Positions 18,330 to 28,800 of a stretch of DNA of 64,000 nt are shown one piece after another. This DNA comes from a virus. The stretch covers positions 54,229 through 118,228 of IMG/VR virus record IMGVR_UViG_3300044675_001548; one strand, written 5' to 3'. A model generated the notes under the pieces. That model had not been told where the DNA came from, made no database searches, and worked only from the letters and a program-made list of their open reading frames with translations. The first letter of the stretch is position 1. Every line of letters starts with the position of its first letter. A program made the position numbers and the translations under genes.

Positions 18330-19700
18330 ATGAAAACATACTTACATATTTATGAAGCAGATGCAATGTCCAATGAGCTAATTATAAAGGTAGAACCTTT
18401 ATATTGTGCTGATAGTAGTACAAACATAATAACTGCAACTGATAAAGATTATACCCCTTCAAAAGGAGATAAACTTTATTTTCTACCGGGAGTAAACATC
18501 CCAAGAGTAAAACTAAAAGACTTGTCTTTGCAACATGGTATTAAAACTGTCAGAAATATAAATGATGCTACACATGTATTTGTTGGTAAGAACACTAAAG
18601 ATAAGATTACAAGTGGAGCTTGGTATTATTCTATACAAACTTCAGCTGTTAGAGCTATTCTTCTAGACCCTGAACTAGTTATGGATGACTATTATAAAGA
18701 AAATCTTACACAAGCTTTAGAGTTTTATACTGAAGATGTAGTTATTATAGATTATTCTGCAGCTGGTCAACTTAGAAATTCAGAATTAGCATTTGTAAAA
18801 AGATACACTTATAATAGTATTTCTAGACACTCTAGTGTATATTATTCAGTAGACAGTGATCACACAGATTTATTTCCAGATATCTTAACCCTAGATATTT
18901 ATGATGAGAGTAAGTTAATTAAACACATTAATGGTGAAGATGCTGCTACTATAGATGCAACTATGTTCAATCAGATTTCTGATATGTTTAAGAGCTCAGA
19001 TGGAGACAATCATGTACTTGCAATGGAGATTATGGCTAATTGTAATTATATAGATAGCTTATTGTATCTAGAGATGTTATTCAAGGATCATGCTGGCAAA
19101 ATGTACAACTGTCATACTAAGAACCATGTGAATTTCAAGTCTTTACTTAGTTATCTAGGTAAAAGTAAAAGCAACATGGATACCAGTGTGGATAATATAA
19201 TGCAGTCTCTTATTAACAAAGATGTCCTTGATACAGATAAAATAGATGTTCTTATGGAGCATTATTCTGATGAACTTGGTAGAAGAGGAGACAGTACATT
19301 TTTTAAAGTAAAAAGTATAACTGTCAATGAAGAAACTCTGCAGTTGCTAAATACTAACTATGTTTATGAAGAGCTCCCAGATTTTGTTCCAGAGGATGGT
19401 ATAGAGATATCTGAATTGCATGGAGACCTTGTAGATCTTAACACTTTGTCTCCAGGGGTGGCGGAGGTTGCTGATGTATGCAATGAGCCTGCACAGGAGG
19501 AAGAACTAGCTGATGAAGACATAGAAGATGCATTTACTAATATTGTTAGAAATGAACTCAAGTCAGAGTTAATAGCATTAGAAGAGTCAGATCCTGTTTC
19601 CGAATCTGAATTAAATGAAATTTCAGGGACCCCGGCTGAAGAATTAAATACTAATCCAACAGAAGAAAAAAATGACACAAATGACTTTGAATGGTTCTGA
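18330..19700 (+). CDS. Protein with N-terminal BRCT-like segment and acidic C-terminal tail
   Basis: KLYFLPGVNIPRVKLKDLSLQHGIKTVRNINDATHVFVG fits the BRCT beta1-alpha1-beta2-beta3 (THL-like) pattern; last ~100 aa are Glu/Asp-rich. Confidence 0.55.
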   Translation: MKTYLHIYEADAMSNELIIKVEPLYCADSSTNIITATDKDYTPSKGDKLYFLPGVNIPRVKLKDLSLQHGIKTVRNINDATHVFVGKNTKDKITSGAWYYSIQTSAVRAILLDPELVMDDYYKENLTQALEFYTEDVVIIDYSAAGQLRNSELAFVKRYTYNSISRHSSVYYSVDSDHTDLFPDILTLDIYDESKLIKHINGEDAATIDATMFNQISDMFKSSDGDNHVLAMEIMANCNYIDSLLYLEMLFKDHAGKMYNCHTKNHVNFKSLLSYLGKSKSNMDTSVDNIMQSLINKDVLDTDKIDVLMEHYSDELGRRGDSTFFKVKSITVNEETLQLLNTNYVYEELPDFVPEDGIEISELHGDLVDLNTLSPGVAEVADVCNEPAQEEELADEDIEDAFTNIVRNELKSELIALEESDPVSESELNEISGTPAEELNTNPTEEKNDTNDFEWF

Positions 19701-20691
19701 TGAACTAGAGAGATTTTACAAACAGAAGTTTTACTTTAGCTACAGTGGGTTGAATAAGTTACTTTATTCTCCTGCATTATTTTACAATCATTATGTGCTC
19801 AACCAAAGAGAAGATAGTAAGGATGCTCACCTTGTAGGAGGGAGCGTCCTGCACTGTTTACTCTTTGAGCCAGAAGCATATGATGATAAGTTTATTAGCA
19901 TGCCTGGGAAACTGCCCAGTGAAAACCCAAAGAAAATTATTGATAATATTTTTAGGACACATCTTGGATATGGAAATAATTCATTAACTTTGGAAGACTA
20001 CTCACAAGATATACTCACACAGCTACTCACAGCAAATCTTTATCAGAATCTTAAAACAGATCAGCAAAGACTTGACAAAATTCTTACTGATGACCACAAA
20101 GAGTATTTTGAATTCCTTAAACAAAGTCTAGACAAATCAATAGTGGATCAACCTACTTTGGATGGCTGCAAAGCACAGGTAGAGATACTAAAGAGTAATA
20201 GTGATGTGAGAACACTATTAGCACTAGATGTTACTAAGGAAGACACACACATTGAGACCTATAATGAGTTGCATATTAGGGTTGACCATGACAAATTACC
20301 TTTTGGTTTTCACGGAATTCTTGACAATGTTGTTGTTGACAATGAGGCAAAGATGATATTCATCAATGACCTTAAGACAACTGGCAAGTCAATTCAGGAT
20401 TTCCCGGAAGCTGTTGAGTACTATAAGTATTGGATGCAAGCTGTTATCTATACTATTCTAGCTTCAGATAAGTTCTTGAAAGACAGACCAGATGCTAGAG
20501 ACTGGCAAGTTCAAGTAACCTTTATTGTAATTGACAAATACAATTTAGTTTATCCTTTCCAAGTCTCTACAGAAACAATGACCAAGTGGAAGGGTGATTT
20601 CAAATCTGTTATACAAATAGCCCAGTGGCATTATACACAGAAGAGATATGACTTACCATTTGATCTTGCAGTTGGTAATATTAAATTGTAG
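19672..20691 (+). CDS. PD-(D/E)XK exonuclease (RecE/DUF3799-like)
   Basis: FSYSGLNKL, GSVLHCLLFEP, GILDNVVVD...INDLKTT, YWMQAVIY. Confidence 0.85.
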   Translation: MTQMTLNGSDELERFYKQKFYFSYSGLNKLLYSPALFYNHYVLNQREDSKDAHLVGGSVLHCLLFEPEAYDDKFISMPGKLPSENPKKIIDNIFRTHLGYGNNSLTLEDYSQDILTQLLTANLYQNLKTDQQRLDKILTDDHKEYFEFLKQSLDKSIVDQPTLDGCKAQVEILKSNSDVRTLLALDVTKEDTHIETYNELHIRVDHDKLPFGFHGILDNVVVDNEAKMIFINDLKTTGKSIQDFPEAVEYYKYWMQAVIYTILASDKFLKDRPDARDWQVQVTFIVIDKYNLVYPFQVSTETMTKWKGDFKSVIQIAQWHYTQKRYDLPFDLAVGNIKL

Positions 20692-20696
20692 AACTT

Positions 20697-21269
20697 ATGG
20701 TTATTAGCACGCTTTATAAGAAGTACTTTCAAAAGTCCAAGATATTTTTATATCCGCTCTTGGACATTAAAAGAGGTACAAGTGTTGTTCCAAAAGAGAC
20801 TTATGTTTCATGGAGTAATACTTGCACAACTGAGGATATGAAATTGATATGTGTTTATCACACCCGCACTGATGCTGAGTATATTAACTTTGAAAAGAAT
20901 GTTTTACTAAAGCATTCTAGACTCTGTGACTATGTGAAGGCTGATGCTGTGACAAGTATATTCACATTTGATTTTTCTGATTTAAGTGATGATTGGGACC
21001 ATTTTATAAATGGTAGGTATAGCAAAATGGATATAAAAATAAAGCGTAGAATTTTAGATTTCTTTGACAGCAACAGTGGTAATTACTATTATGTGAATAG
21101 TTATTTGTTTCCCATTCCTCATTTTAAACTGTATGCTGAGCTGCTGGATGTGCCGGTTGCTCTTGTAAAATCAGTAGGTGAGCTATGTGATAAACCCAAC
21201 TTAGATAAGGAAAATCTAGTATTGGAAGTTGCAAACTTGGAAAATATAGAAAAAACAGTAAATTTGTAA
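20697..21269 (+). CDS. Hypothetical protein
   Basis: ORF track. Confidence 0.7.
   Translation: MVISTLYKKYFQKSKIFLYPLLDIKRGTSVVPKETYVSWSNTCTTEDMKLICVYHTRTDAEYINFEKNVLLKHSRLCDYVKADAVTSIFTFDFSDLSDDWDHFINGRYSKMDIKIKRRILDFFDSNSGNYYYVNSYLFPIPHFKLYAELLDVPVALVKSVGELCDKPNLDKENLVLEVANLENIEKTVNL
21237..21266 (+). promoter_or_regulatory. Bacteroidota sigma-A-type promoter (TTG-N19-TAnnTTTG)
   Basis: TTG at 21237-21239, 19-nt spacer, TAAATTTG at 21259-21266, 22 nt before ATG 21289. Confidence 0.6.
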
Positions 21270-21288
21270 AAAATTAAACCAACAAAAA

Positions 21289-21642
21289 ATGAGTGAAAAC
21301 ACAATGATGCTTGTACAATCCACATGGAATGACAAGCAAACTTTCAGAATGATTCCTATTACTGAGTCTTGTCCTTATGTAGAGTGTATCATGGACCCGG
21401 ATACTAAGGTATTTGTAGTGATTTCTAAGATTAGAAAAGTATCATTACATATGTTACCAAAAGTTGATGATTATGGGCAGCCTGTTACTGGTACAAAAGG
21501 TGTGAAACAAGAGAGACACAAGATTGAAGTGTTTCAGGAGTTTTATATAGAAGATGCTACAGCAATAGATGAAGTTATCAAACTATTTGCAGTTAATGCT
21601 AAGAAGTTTGATTATAAGAAGTTTATGGCTGAGCAAGCTTAA
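21289..21642 (+). CDS. Hypothetical protein
   Basis: ORF track; preceded by an A-rich Bacteroidota-style leader. Confidence 0.75.
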   Translation: MSENTMMLVQSTWNDKQTFRMIPITESCPYVECIMDPDTKVFVVISKIRKVSLHMLPKVDDYGQPVTGTKGVKQERHKIEVFQEFYIEDATAIDEVIKLFAVNAKKFDYKKFMAEQA

Positions 21643-21660
21643 ACAATACCAAAAAACCAG

Positions 21661-21696
21661 AAAGAGGGTGAGTACCAAACAGCACCCTCTTTTTTT
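21661..21696 (+). terminator. Intrinsic terminator
   Basis: AAAGAGGGTG...CACCCTCTTT stem followed by a T tract. Confidence 0.8.
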
Positions 21697-21735
21697 ATTT
21701 AATTAAACGGGGGAACAGCTTAACTGAACTAAGGT

Positions 21736-23637
21736 ATGAGAACACATTATGTCATGGATTATGAAACATTATCCAATTGTTTTATAGCCTGCTTTGAAGA
21801 TGTAAAGTCTGAACACAGAGAAGTATTTATCTGTCACAAATCACAAAATGATATACTAGAACTAGTAACATTCCTTGAGAGAAACATAACTCTTGAAGAA
21901 TGGCATGTTAGCTTTAATGGTCTTGCATTTGACAGTCAGATTACTGAACATATTCTCCGGAATAAAGAACAGTTACTTGAACAGGACGGTGAGACTATTG
22001 CTAGGTTTATATATCAAAAAGCACAAGCTACTATACAAAGAAGTAATGCAGGAGAGTTTGCTGAATTTGGTTCTAGAGACTTACAGATTAGGCAGATAGA
22101 TGTATTTAAACTTAATCACTGGGATAACCCAGCTAAGAGATCTAGCCTGAAGTGGATTCAGTATAGCATGGATTGGAAGAATATAAAAGATATGCCTATT
22201 CCTCACTATACTGAAGTTACAGAAGGTCAAATAGCATCTATAGTAAACTATTGTATTAATGATGTCCGGTCTACTAAGCAAATCATGAGTTTGAGTAAGG
22301 GTCAGATTGAATTGAGAAGAGCACTTACTGAAGAATATGGTATTGATTTATTCTCAGCCTCTGAACCTAGGATAGCTAAAGAATTGTTTTTGCATTTCTT
22401 AAGTAAACAAACTGGTATCAAGAAGTATGATCTCCGTCAGATGAGAACCCAAAGAAACCAGATTGTTGTAAAAGATATCATACTACCTTATATAAGTTTT
22501 GAAACAGCTACATTCCAGCATCTTCTAAAAAAGTTCCAGGATGTGGTTATCCACACTGGTGAAACAAAAGGAGGCTTTAAATATTCTGTACAATATAAGG
22601 GAGTTAAAACAGACTATGGTCTTGGTGGTATTCATGGTGCTAGAACAAGTAGGGTATATAATGCAACAGAAGACATGGTTATCATGACTTCAGATGTTAT
22701 AAGTTTTTATCCTAATCTAGCTATTAGAAACAGATGGGCTCCGGCACATTTACCACAAGATGAATTCTGTACACAGTATGAATGGTTTTTTGATGAGAGA
22801 AAGGTTATACCTAAAAAGGACCCAAAGAACTATGTATATAAGATTATCTTAAACTCTACTTATGGTCTCAGCAATGATGAGAATAGTTTCCTGTATGACC
22901 CTGAGTTTACTATGAGGATTACTATTAATGGTCAGTTGAGTCTTACTATGTTGTATGAGATGATTTGTGAAGGTATCCCGGGTGCAATTCCTCTAATGCA
23001 AAATACAGATGGTTTGGAAACTATGATACCTAGGGACCAGATGGATAAGTATATGGAAATCTGCAAGATATGGGAGAAGATGACAAGTCTTCAACTAGAA
23101 CATGATACATATAGTAAGCTAGTACTGGGTGATGTAAATAACTATATTGCTGTTACTGAAGACGGTAAATCTAAATGCAAGGGTAGATTTGAGTATGCTG
23201 ACTTAGCTTTACACAAGAACAAAAGTTTTTTAGTTATACCTAAAGCTTTGCATGCATACTTTGTAGAAGGTATCCAGCCTGAAGATTATCTTAAATCCAA
23301 CAGAAATATCTTTGATTATTGTGGAGGCAAGAAGATTAAGGGTGATTGGAAATATGTAGAGAGATGTATTAAGAATGGTGAGTATAGAGAAAAAGAACTA
23401 CAACACACCTTAAGATATTATGTATGTAATACAGGATCTAAGATCATGAAGATCAATAAGTCTGATGGTAGAGAAATAAACATTGAGGCCGGTAAATGGC
23501 TACAGCAAATTTATATCAACCACATAGATGACATGGACTTTGATGAGTATGAGATTAACTACAAATACTATCTGGAAAATATAAAGAAAGAAATAGAAGG
23601 TTTAGAACCAAATGTAAACCAATTAAGTTTATTTTAA
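21736..23637 (+). CDS. polB: Family B DNA polymerase with 3'-5' exonuclease domain
   Basis: Exo I DYET, Exo II FNGLAFD, Exo III YCINDV; motif A DVISFYPNL, motif B KIILNSTYG, motif C NTDG; ends in QLSLF. Confidence 0.95.
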   Translation: MRTHYVMDYETLSNCFIACFEDVKSEHREVFICHKSQNDILELVTFLERNITLEEWHVSFNGLAFDSQITEHILRNKEQLLEQDGETIARFIYQKAQATIQRSNAGEFAEFGSRDLQIRQIDVFKLNHWDNPAKRSSLKWIQYSMDWKNIKDMPIPHYTEVTEGQIASIVNYCINDVRSTKQIMSLSKGQIELRRALTEEYGIDLFSASEPRIAKELFLHFLSKQTGIKKYDLRQMRTQRNQIVVKDIILPYISFETATFQHLLKKFQDVVIHTGETKGGFKYSVQYKGVKTDYGLGGIHGARTSRVYNATEDMVIMTSDVISFYPNLAIRNRWAPAHLPQDEFCTQYEWFFDERKVIPKKDPKNYVYKIILNSTYGLSNDENSFLYDPEFTMRITINGQLSLTMLYEMICEGIPGAIPLMQNTDGLETMIPRDQMDKYMEICKIWEKMTSLQLEHDTYSKLVLGDVNNYIAVTEDGKSKCKGRFEYADLALHKNKSFLVIPKALHAYFVEGIQPEDYLKSNRNIFDYCGGKKIKGDWKYVERCIKNGEYREKELQHTLRYYVCNTGSKIMKINKSDGREINIEAGKWLQQIYINHIDDMDFDEYEINYKYYLENIKKEIEGLEPNVNQLSLF

Positions 23638-23638
23638 T

Positions 23639-24775
23639 ATGCCAAAGAAAATACAGAACACAACTAAAGCAAACTTAATAAGTGTACCACTGCCAAGTCA
23701 TGGTGCTACTTATACTGTGATTAGTCACCAGTTTGTTATTGATTATGCTTATCAAGCCCTTGCTGCTGCAGGGTTTGGTATTGTAGATGAGGAGTACAGA
23801 TGTACTGCTGACGGACAAATAGCTCAAGGAATTTATAAACTAAATTTTAATAATGACCCTGAGTTGTCAATGATGTTTGCATGGACAAACAGTTATAATA
23901 AACAAGTAAAGTTTAAATGTGTAGTAGGTGCATATATAAACAATAGTGGATCTGTTATGATGTCTGGAGAAGTTGGTAGCTGGGTTAGAAAACACACAGG
24001 TACGGCAGACACAGAGACAAAAGCCACTATTGATGACTATATCACTAATGCATATATGTATTATAATCAGCTATGTGCTGATAAAGCTGCTATGGAAGTA
24101 ATAAGTTTGAATAAGAGAAAACAGTCTCAGTTATTAGGCGTGTTGTTTGCTGAGTATGAGATACTTACTACAGAGCAAGCTAGTATGATTAGAGATCAAA
24201 TGAAGAGACCACAACAAGTATTCAAGAATACTGATAGCTTATGGGCCTTTTATAACTTTGTAACTAATGCATTACAGTCCTCACATCCAAGAACATGGAT
24301 GGAAGACCAAAGAATCTTGCATTACTTTATTGGGACAATTTGTGATTTTAGTGCACCAGCTATTCCTAATGCACCACTTGCTGTAATTAGTGAACCTGTT
24401 GAAGAAGAAGTAATAGACCCATTGTATGCAGATCCGGGACAGACTAATATTCTAGATCAGATTGCTGAAGCTGAAGCTGAAGAAAAGACATTTTCACAAA
24501 TGGTGCAAGAAGACCCTGAAATGTTAGAGATTGTGCACCAGGTAGAAGAAATACTTGGTACTTTAGATGAAGCTGAGGAAGATGTATTAAGTCTTGAACC
24601 AACTGTAGAAGATCATATTCAATTTGAAGCAGAAGGTATAGTTAACTATACTGACACAGCAGGTAATACATTTGAAGCTCCTATAGTAATAGATGATTTT
24701 GCTGAGGAAGATAATTTTGATCTTGACTTTAATGAAACTGAAGAAGAACCGGATAACACACCGGACTTTTTCTAG
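23639..24775 (+). CDS. DUF932-like protein with long acidic tail
   Basis: YTVISHQ, WTNSYN, RKHTG and LWAFYNFVT resemble DUF932; last ~150 aa are very acidic. Confidence 0.55.
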   Translation: MPKKIQNTTKANLISVPLPSHGATYTVISHQFVIDYAYQALAAAGFGIVDEEYRCTADGQIAQGIYKLNFNNDPELSMMFAWTNSYNKQVKFKCVVGAYINNSGSVMMSGEVGSWVRKHTGTADTETKATIDDYITNAYMYYNQLCADKAAMEVISLNKRKQSQLLGVLFAEYEILTTEQASMIRDQMKRPQQVFKNTDSLWAFYNFVTNALQSSHPRTWMEDQRILHYFIGTICDFSAPAIPNAPLAVISEPVEEEVIDPLYADPGQTNILDQIAEAEAEEKTFSQMVQEDPEMLEIVHQVEEILGTLDEAEEDVLSLEPTVEDHIQFEAEGIVNYTDTAGNTFEAPIVIDDFAEEDNFDLDFNETEEEPDNTPDFF

Positions 24776-24809
24776 GAGCCTGTTGATGTAAACAGGTTAA
24801 TAATCAATC

Positions 24810-24838
24810 GGGGATGCAGAAATGTATCCCCTTTTTTT
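24810..24838 (+). terminator. Intrinsic terminator
   Basis: GGGGATGCA-GAAA-TGTATCCCC followed by seven T. Confidence 0.85.
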
Positions 24839-24853
24839 CTTTATCTTTACATT

Positions 24854-25261
24854 ATGGAAAAACAATTAACTAAAGTAAAAAAGTTTCATGAAGCTTTTGG
24901 ACAAGAAAATGGAACATGGCCACAAAATTTAGGACCAGATGAAGCAGTACTAAGACATAAACTAATGGCTGAAGAAAATGATGAATACCTTGATGCATGT
25001 GACAAAAACTCATTAGTAGAAATAGCAGATGCTTTGGGAGACCAGTTATATATCTTATGTGGAACTATTCTTAAACATGGTATGCAGAATATTATAGAGG
25101 AAGTATTTGATGAAATACATGCTAGTAATATGAGTAAACTAGGTGAGGATGGAAAACCTATACTTAGAGAGGATAATAAGATATTAAAAGGTCCTGGATA
25201 TTTTAGACCAGATTTAAGTAAGTTTATTAAAGTTGAAATAGATGCATCCAATAACATTTAG
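24854..25261 (+). CDS. MazG-like (all-alpha) NTP pyrophosphohydrolase
   Basis: EENDEY...EIADALGD (ExxE...ExxD), EIHASNMSK, GKPILREDNKILKGP. Confidence 0.88.
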   Translation: MEKQLTKVKKFHEAFGQENGTWPQNLGPDEAVLRHKLMAEENDEYLDACDKNSLVEIADALGDQLYILCGTILKHGMQNIIEEVFDEIHASNMSKLGEDGKPILREDNKILKGPGYFRPDLSKFIKVEIDASNNI

Positions 25262-25427
25262 AAAAGCAATGATTGAGGCCTATATGGCCGGAGCAGAAGC
25301 TATGACCTCAGGAGATATAGATGAACCTAACAAAAAAGATGCTAGGGATTGGTTTGATAATGAGTACGGACAACTAGAGTCAGAAGACTGTGACTGTTGT
25401 GAAGAGGATGAAGATGGAGACTCTTAA
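25242..25427 (+). CDS. Hypothetical protein
   Basis: ORF track. Confidence 0.55.
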   Translation: MHPITFRKAMIEAYMAGAEAMTSGDIDEPNKKDARDWFDNEYGQLESEDCDCCEEDEDGDS

Positions 25428-25665
25428 ATGTTTTAATTGTGGTGTAGAAAAACCATTAGAAAAATTCAAGAATAACAACAGAAAGTATCAAGTAAAAAGT
25501 GCAAAGGGTAAGTGTATAGTTTGTAAAGCATGTTCTTTTCACAAAGCATTAAGTACACTATCTGTTGTAAGATATAATTTTGAAGAAAATATTTTTAAAG
25601 TAATACACTTTAAAGACAAGTATGAAGTCTTAGACTTCTATGAAAATGAAGGGGGAGAGCTGTAA
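25414..25665 (+). CDS. Small zinc-finger protein
   Basis: CFNC...CIVCKAC; start taken at ATG 25414. Confidence 0.6.
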   Translation: METLKCFNCGVEKPLEKFKNNNRKYQVKSAKGKCIVCKACSFHKALSTLSVVRYNFEENIFKVIHFKDKYEVLDFYENEGGEL

Positions 25666-25685
25666 AAGGTTCTCCCCTTTTTTTT
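25649..25685 (+). terminator. Terminator at the convergence of the early and late arms
   Basis: AAGGGGGAGAGC...GTTCTCCCCTT stem plus an eight-T tract; overlaps the stop codons of both converging genes. Confidence 0.8.
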
Positions 25686-25824
25686 ACCGTCCTTGGGAAC
25701 GGTATGCTTTTTTGTAGTTCTTAGATCTTTTAGATCTAGAAGTCTTTGTCTTTGCATGAACACCAGGTCTAGAAATTTTAGGCTTGATATATGCTTTTAC
25801 TGTTGTTGTTGTTGCCTTTGCCAT
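25684..25824 (-). CDS. 46-aa highly basic peptide (below ORF-track cutoff)
   Basis: MAKATTTTVKAYIKPKISRPGVHAKTKTSRSKRSKNYKKAYRSQGR*; no acidic residues; last gene of the late arm. Confidence 0.75.
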   Translation of the reverse strand: MAKATTTTVKAYIKPKISRPGVHAKTKTSRSKRSKNYKKAYRSQGR

Positions 25825-25830
25825 TATTTA

Positions 25831-28800
25831 TTATTTAAGATTTTGGAATTGTTCATCTCTTCTTAATGCCCATATAGGAGATAGGTTCTTACCTTTAATA
25901 CCATAGATGCTTAATATGTGATTCCATAATTTATAGTCCCCTTCTTCTTGCCATGGATATGGTCCAGACTCTTGACGGTATACAGCCTTCTCACTACCGG
26001 TTGCCATGTAACCTAAATCTGCAAGTATCTTTAAGTAAAGACCAATAGTAGGACCAAATGCAATTGAAGTAGCATCTCCATATTTATACCATTCTTCTAG
26101 TCCGCCAACCCATGGTAATGGAATAAAAGATTGGTTCTCTCTTTTGGTTGCAATTAACTGATACAACATATGATTACCCATCCATCCAAAGTAACCATAG
26201 TCCTCTTCTCTCTTGGCTAGTTTCTGGAATCTATCTTCATCCTGAGGATCCCAACCAAATATAAGAGTTATAGCCATTGCCATTAATGCAAGTGTCATAC
26301 CTTCAGTAATCATTTTTCTGAATGCAGCTTTTTCTTCTTTAGTCATTACTGACCAATAAGCACCACCGGTTCTCAATGTTTTATACATTGCTTGGACACC
26401 TGCTATATAATATCCTTTTACAGGTGAACCTGCTTCCCAGTTGTACACATGACCCCAGCGGTTATTCTTAGACAAGTCTGTTTGGAATCTGTTTAGGAAC
26501 ATACCAGTAGCAAACTTTTTATAGAAAGTAAATAGCCTATATACAATATACTTCTCTGCTTGTGGAGAATCTAGTTCATCCATAGCACCATTAAGTCTTT
26601 TCTGTACATAATGGATCTTCAACTTGTAGTCATTGAAATTAGTATTTCTAGATACAACAAGTTCTTGTCCTTCAGTAAGCTTAGCACTAGGTTTGATTTT
26701 ATTCTTAGCGGCCAGCTCTTCAACAGACATACTATATTTTTTAGCTATAGCCTCTAGAGTTTCATTAGGAGCTACAGTATGGTCAACATATCTATTACCC
26801 CACTCAGGATTAATACCCTGTTTAAGAACTATTTCTTTTTTATCATTAAGTTCCCAAGCATCTATATACTTTATTTTCTTTACAGAACCATCTGGTTGGA
26901 TTTGTTCTATTTCTTTATGATACATCATACCACCCATTACTTGGAAAGCACCTTCAACCTCCATAAGTTTTCTAGCATCATAAGCCCAGGTAACATCAAA
27001 CATATCTCTGATAAAACTTCTAGTAGCAGATTTACCATAGTCCTTTTCTACTTTACCTATAACAGGGTCAAACATGTCTATCATTTGTAGGTTAAGTGAC
27101 TTAGCTCCTTTCTTATAGATACCTCCTCCGGTAAAACCTGCAAGCTCAATAGCTGATTGATATGCCCACATTCTACCAGAAGCAAATGAGATTGGGTTAT
27201 AGTAAACCCCAGCTGCAGCTTCAATAGAGTTCTGAACTATCATACCAAATCTGTTTTTCACAGCTGATACCAAGTCAAAAGCAATAAATGATCTACTTGC
27301 ATTGCTCATTAAGCTATTAGCAAACTTAAGCCACCCTGGATATTCAGATTCCCATGCACTATTTTTCTGGCCATAGAATGTCTTTTCTATAAAGTAATCT
27401 AGTGCAGCAGCTCTTCTGTTGTCTCCAGCTTTAAGAAAAGATAGTACACCAGTATTCTTAGCTACTTGCTTACTAGCTTTATTTAGATCTTTGATAGCAT
27501 TATCTGGATCATTCATTACAGATCTCAGTGTTTCAGCCTTGGCTTTTTCTTTTATTAGTACTCCCTGTTTGTTAAGTGAGTAGTTATACATGAACATAGC
27601 ACTTAATACATCTGTAGAAACTTCATTAAGTTCCATTTTGTATAAACCGTCTACTGGAATTCTGGCTATAGGTTGTCCCTCTAAGTCAGTTGATACTAAT
27701 AATGTATTAGGATTATAGTTTATACCAAAGTTTTGGTAGTCATCTTTTCTTTTTGCAAATGTAGATTTAACAGCTTCCCATGTAGCACTACCTTTTTCTT
27801 TAACATCAGACACAGCTTTTCCAGACTTAAGTAATTCTAAGTTACTAGCCTTTCTTCTTCTTGGTAAGTCAAGATAGAGTTTAGCTGAACCTGGTCTATT
27901 CTCCTGCATCTTTAACATGTACTCAGTTACTTTATCCAGTAAGTTTTTCATAGCAGGATTAGTAATAGCTTGAGCATATTCTTTATCCATGTACTTATCA
28001 TCATAGGCACTGTTTGGATCACCTGGTTTGTATTCTTTAGGAAGGTAGTTACCATCATTATCTATAATAGTACCAATATATTTTTTCTTAGCCTCAGCAT
28101 CAAACGGTACAGTAAAGTACTCTTCTTTGACTCTTTGGTAAGAATACTTAGGTCCCGGTACTCCATTGATAATTAATGGTTGTTTAGTAACAGGATGTAC
28201 TAGAGTAGTTTTCTTGTAATGATTTTCATCTACAGGTTTTACTGAAGTCCACATTCTAGTTCTAAACCACTTGTCTTCTTTTTGTTTGGTACTATTGTTC
28301 CAGACTTTTTTCTTGTAGTGGTTATTCTCAAACCATTCTGCAAACTCTGGATTAAGTTCCATTGCAGTATATAAATCTTCAGAGTTTATCCAGTCATCTG
28401 CATTCTCTAAAGTAATATGAGGAACCTCTGTATCACCCAGCATATTATTAAATGCTATATAGTAGTATTCAGTAGGTGTCTTTTGTGTCAAGCCTCTTAA
28501 ATCTGCAAACAGTTCTTTTAGCTTTTTGAACTCAGATTCAGACAGACCTAACTCATTTCTTCTTGCTGTAAGTTCATCATAATCAGTCTGTTCTGTAACT
28601 GATAAGTCATAACCTGCTGCAAGTCTTTCTTCATAAGCTTTGAGTTTATCAGCTTCTTCAGCAAGTAAACCAGACTTGGTATCTATTTTACTTTCTAAAT
28701 CAGTTATCTTTTCCTCAATGTCCTTCATAAGTTTAAACTGCTCAGGTTTATACTCAAGAGCATTAGTCTGACCGTTTCTATCAGTCACAAGATTAGATAA

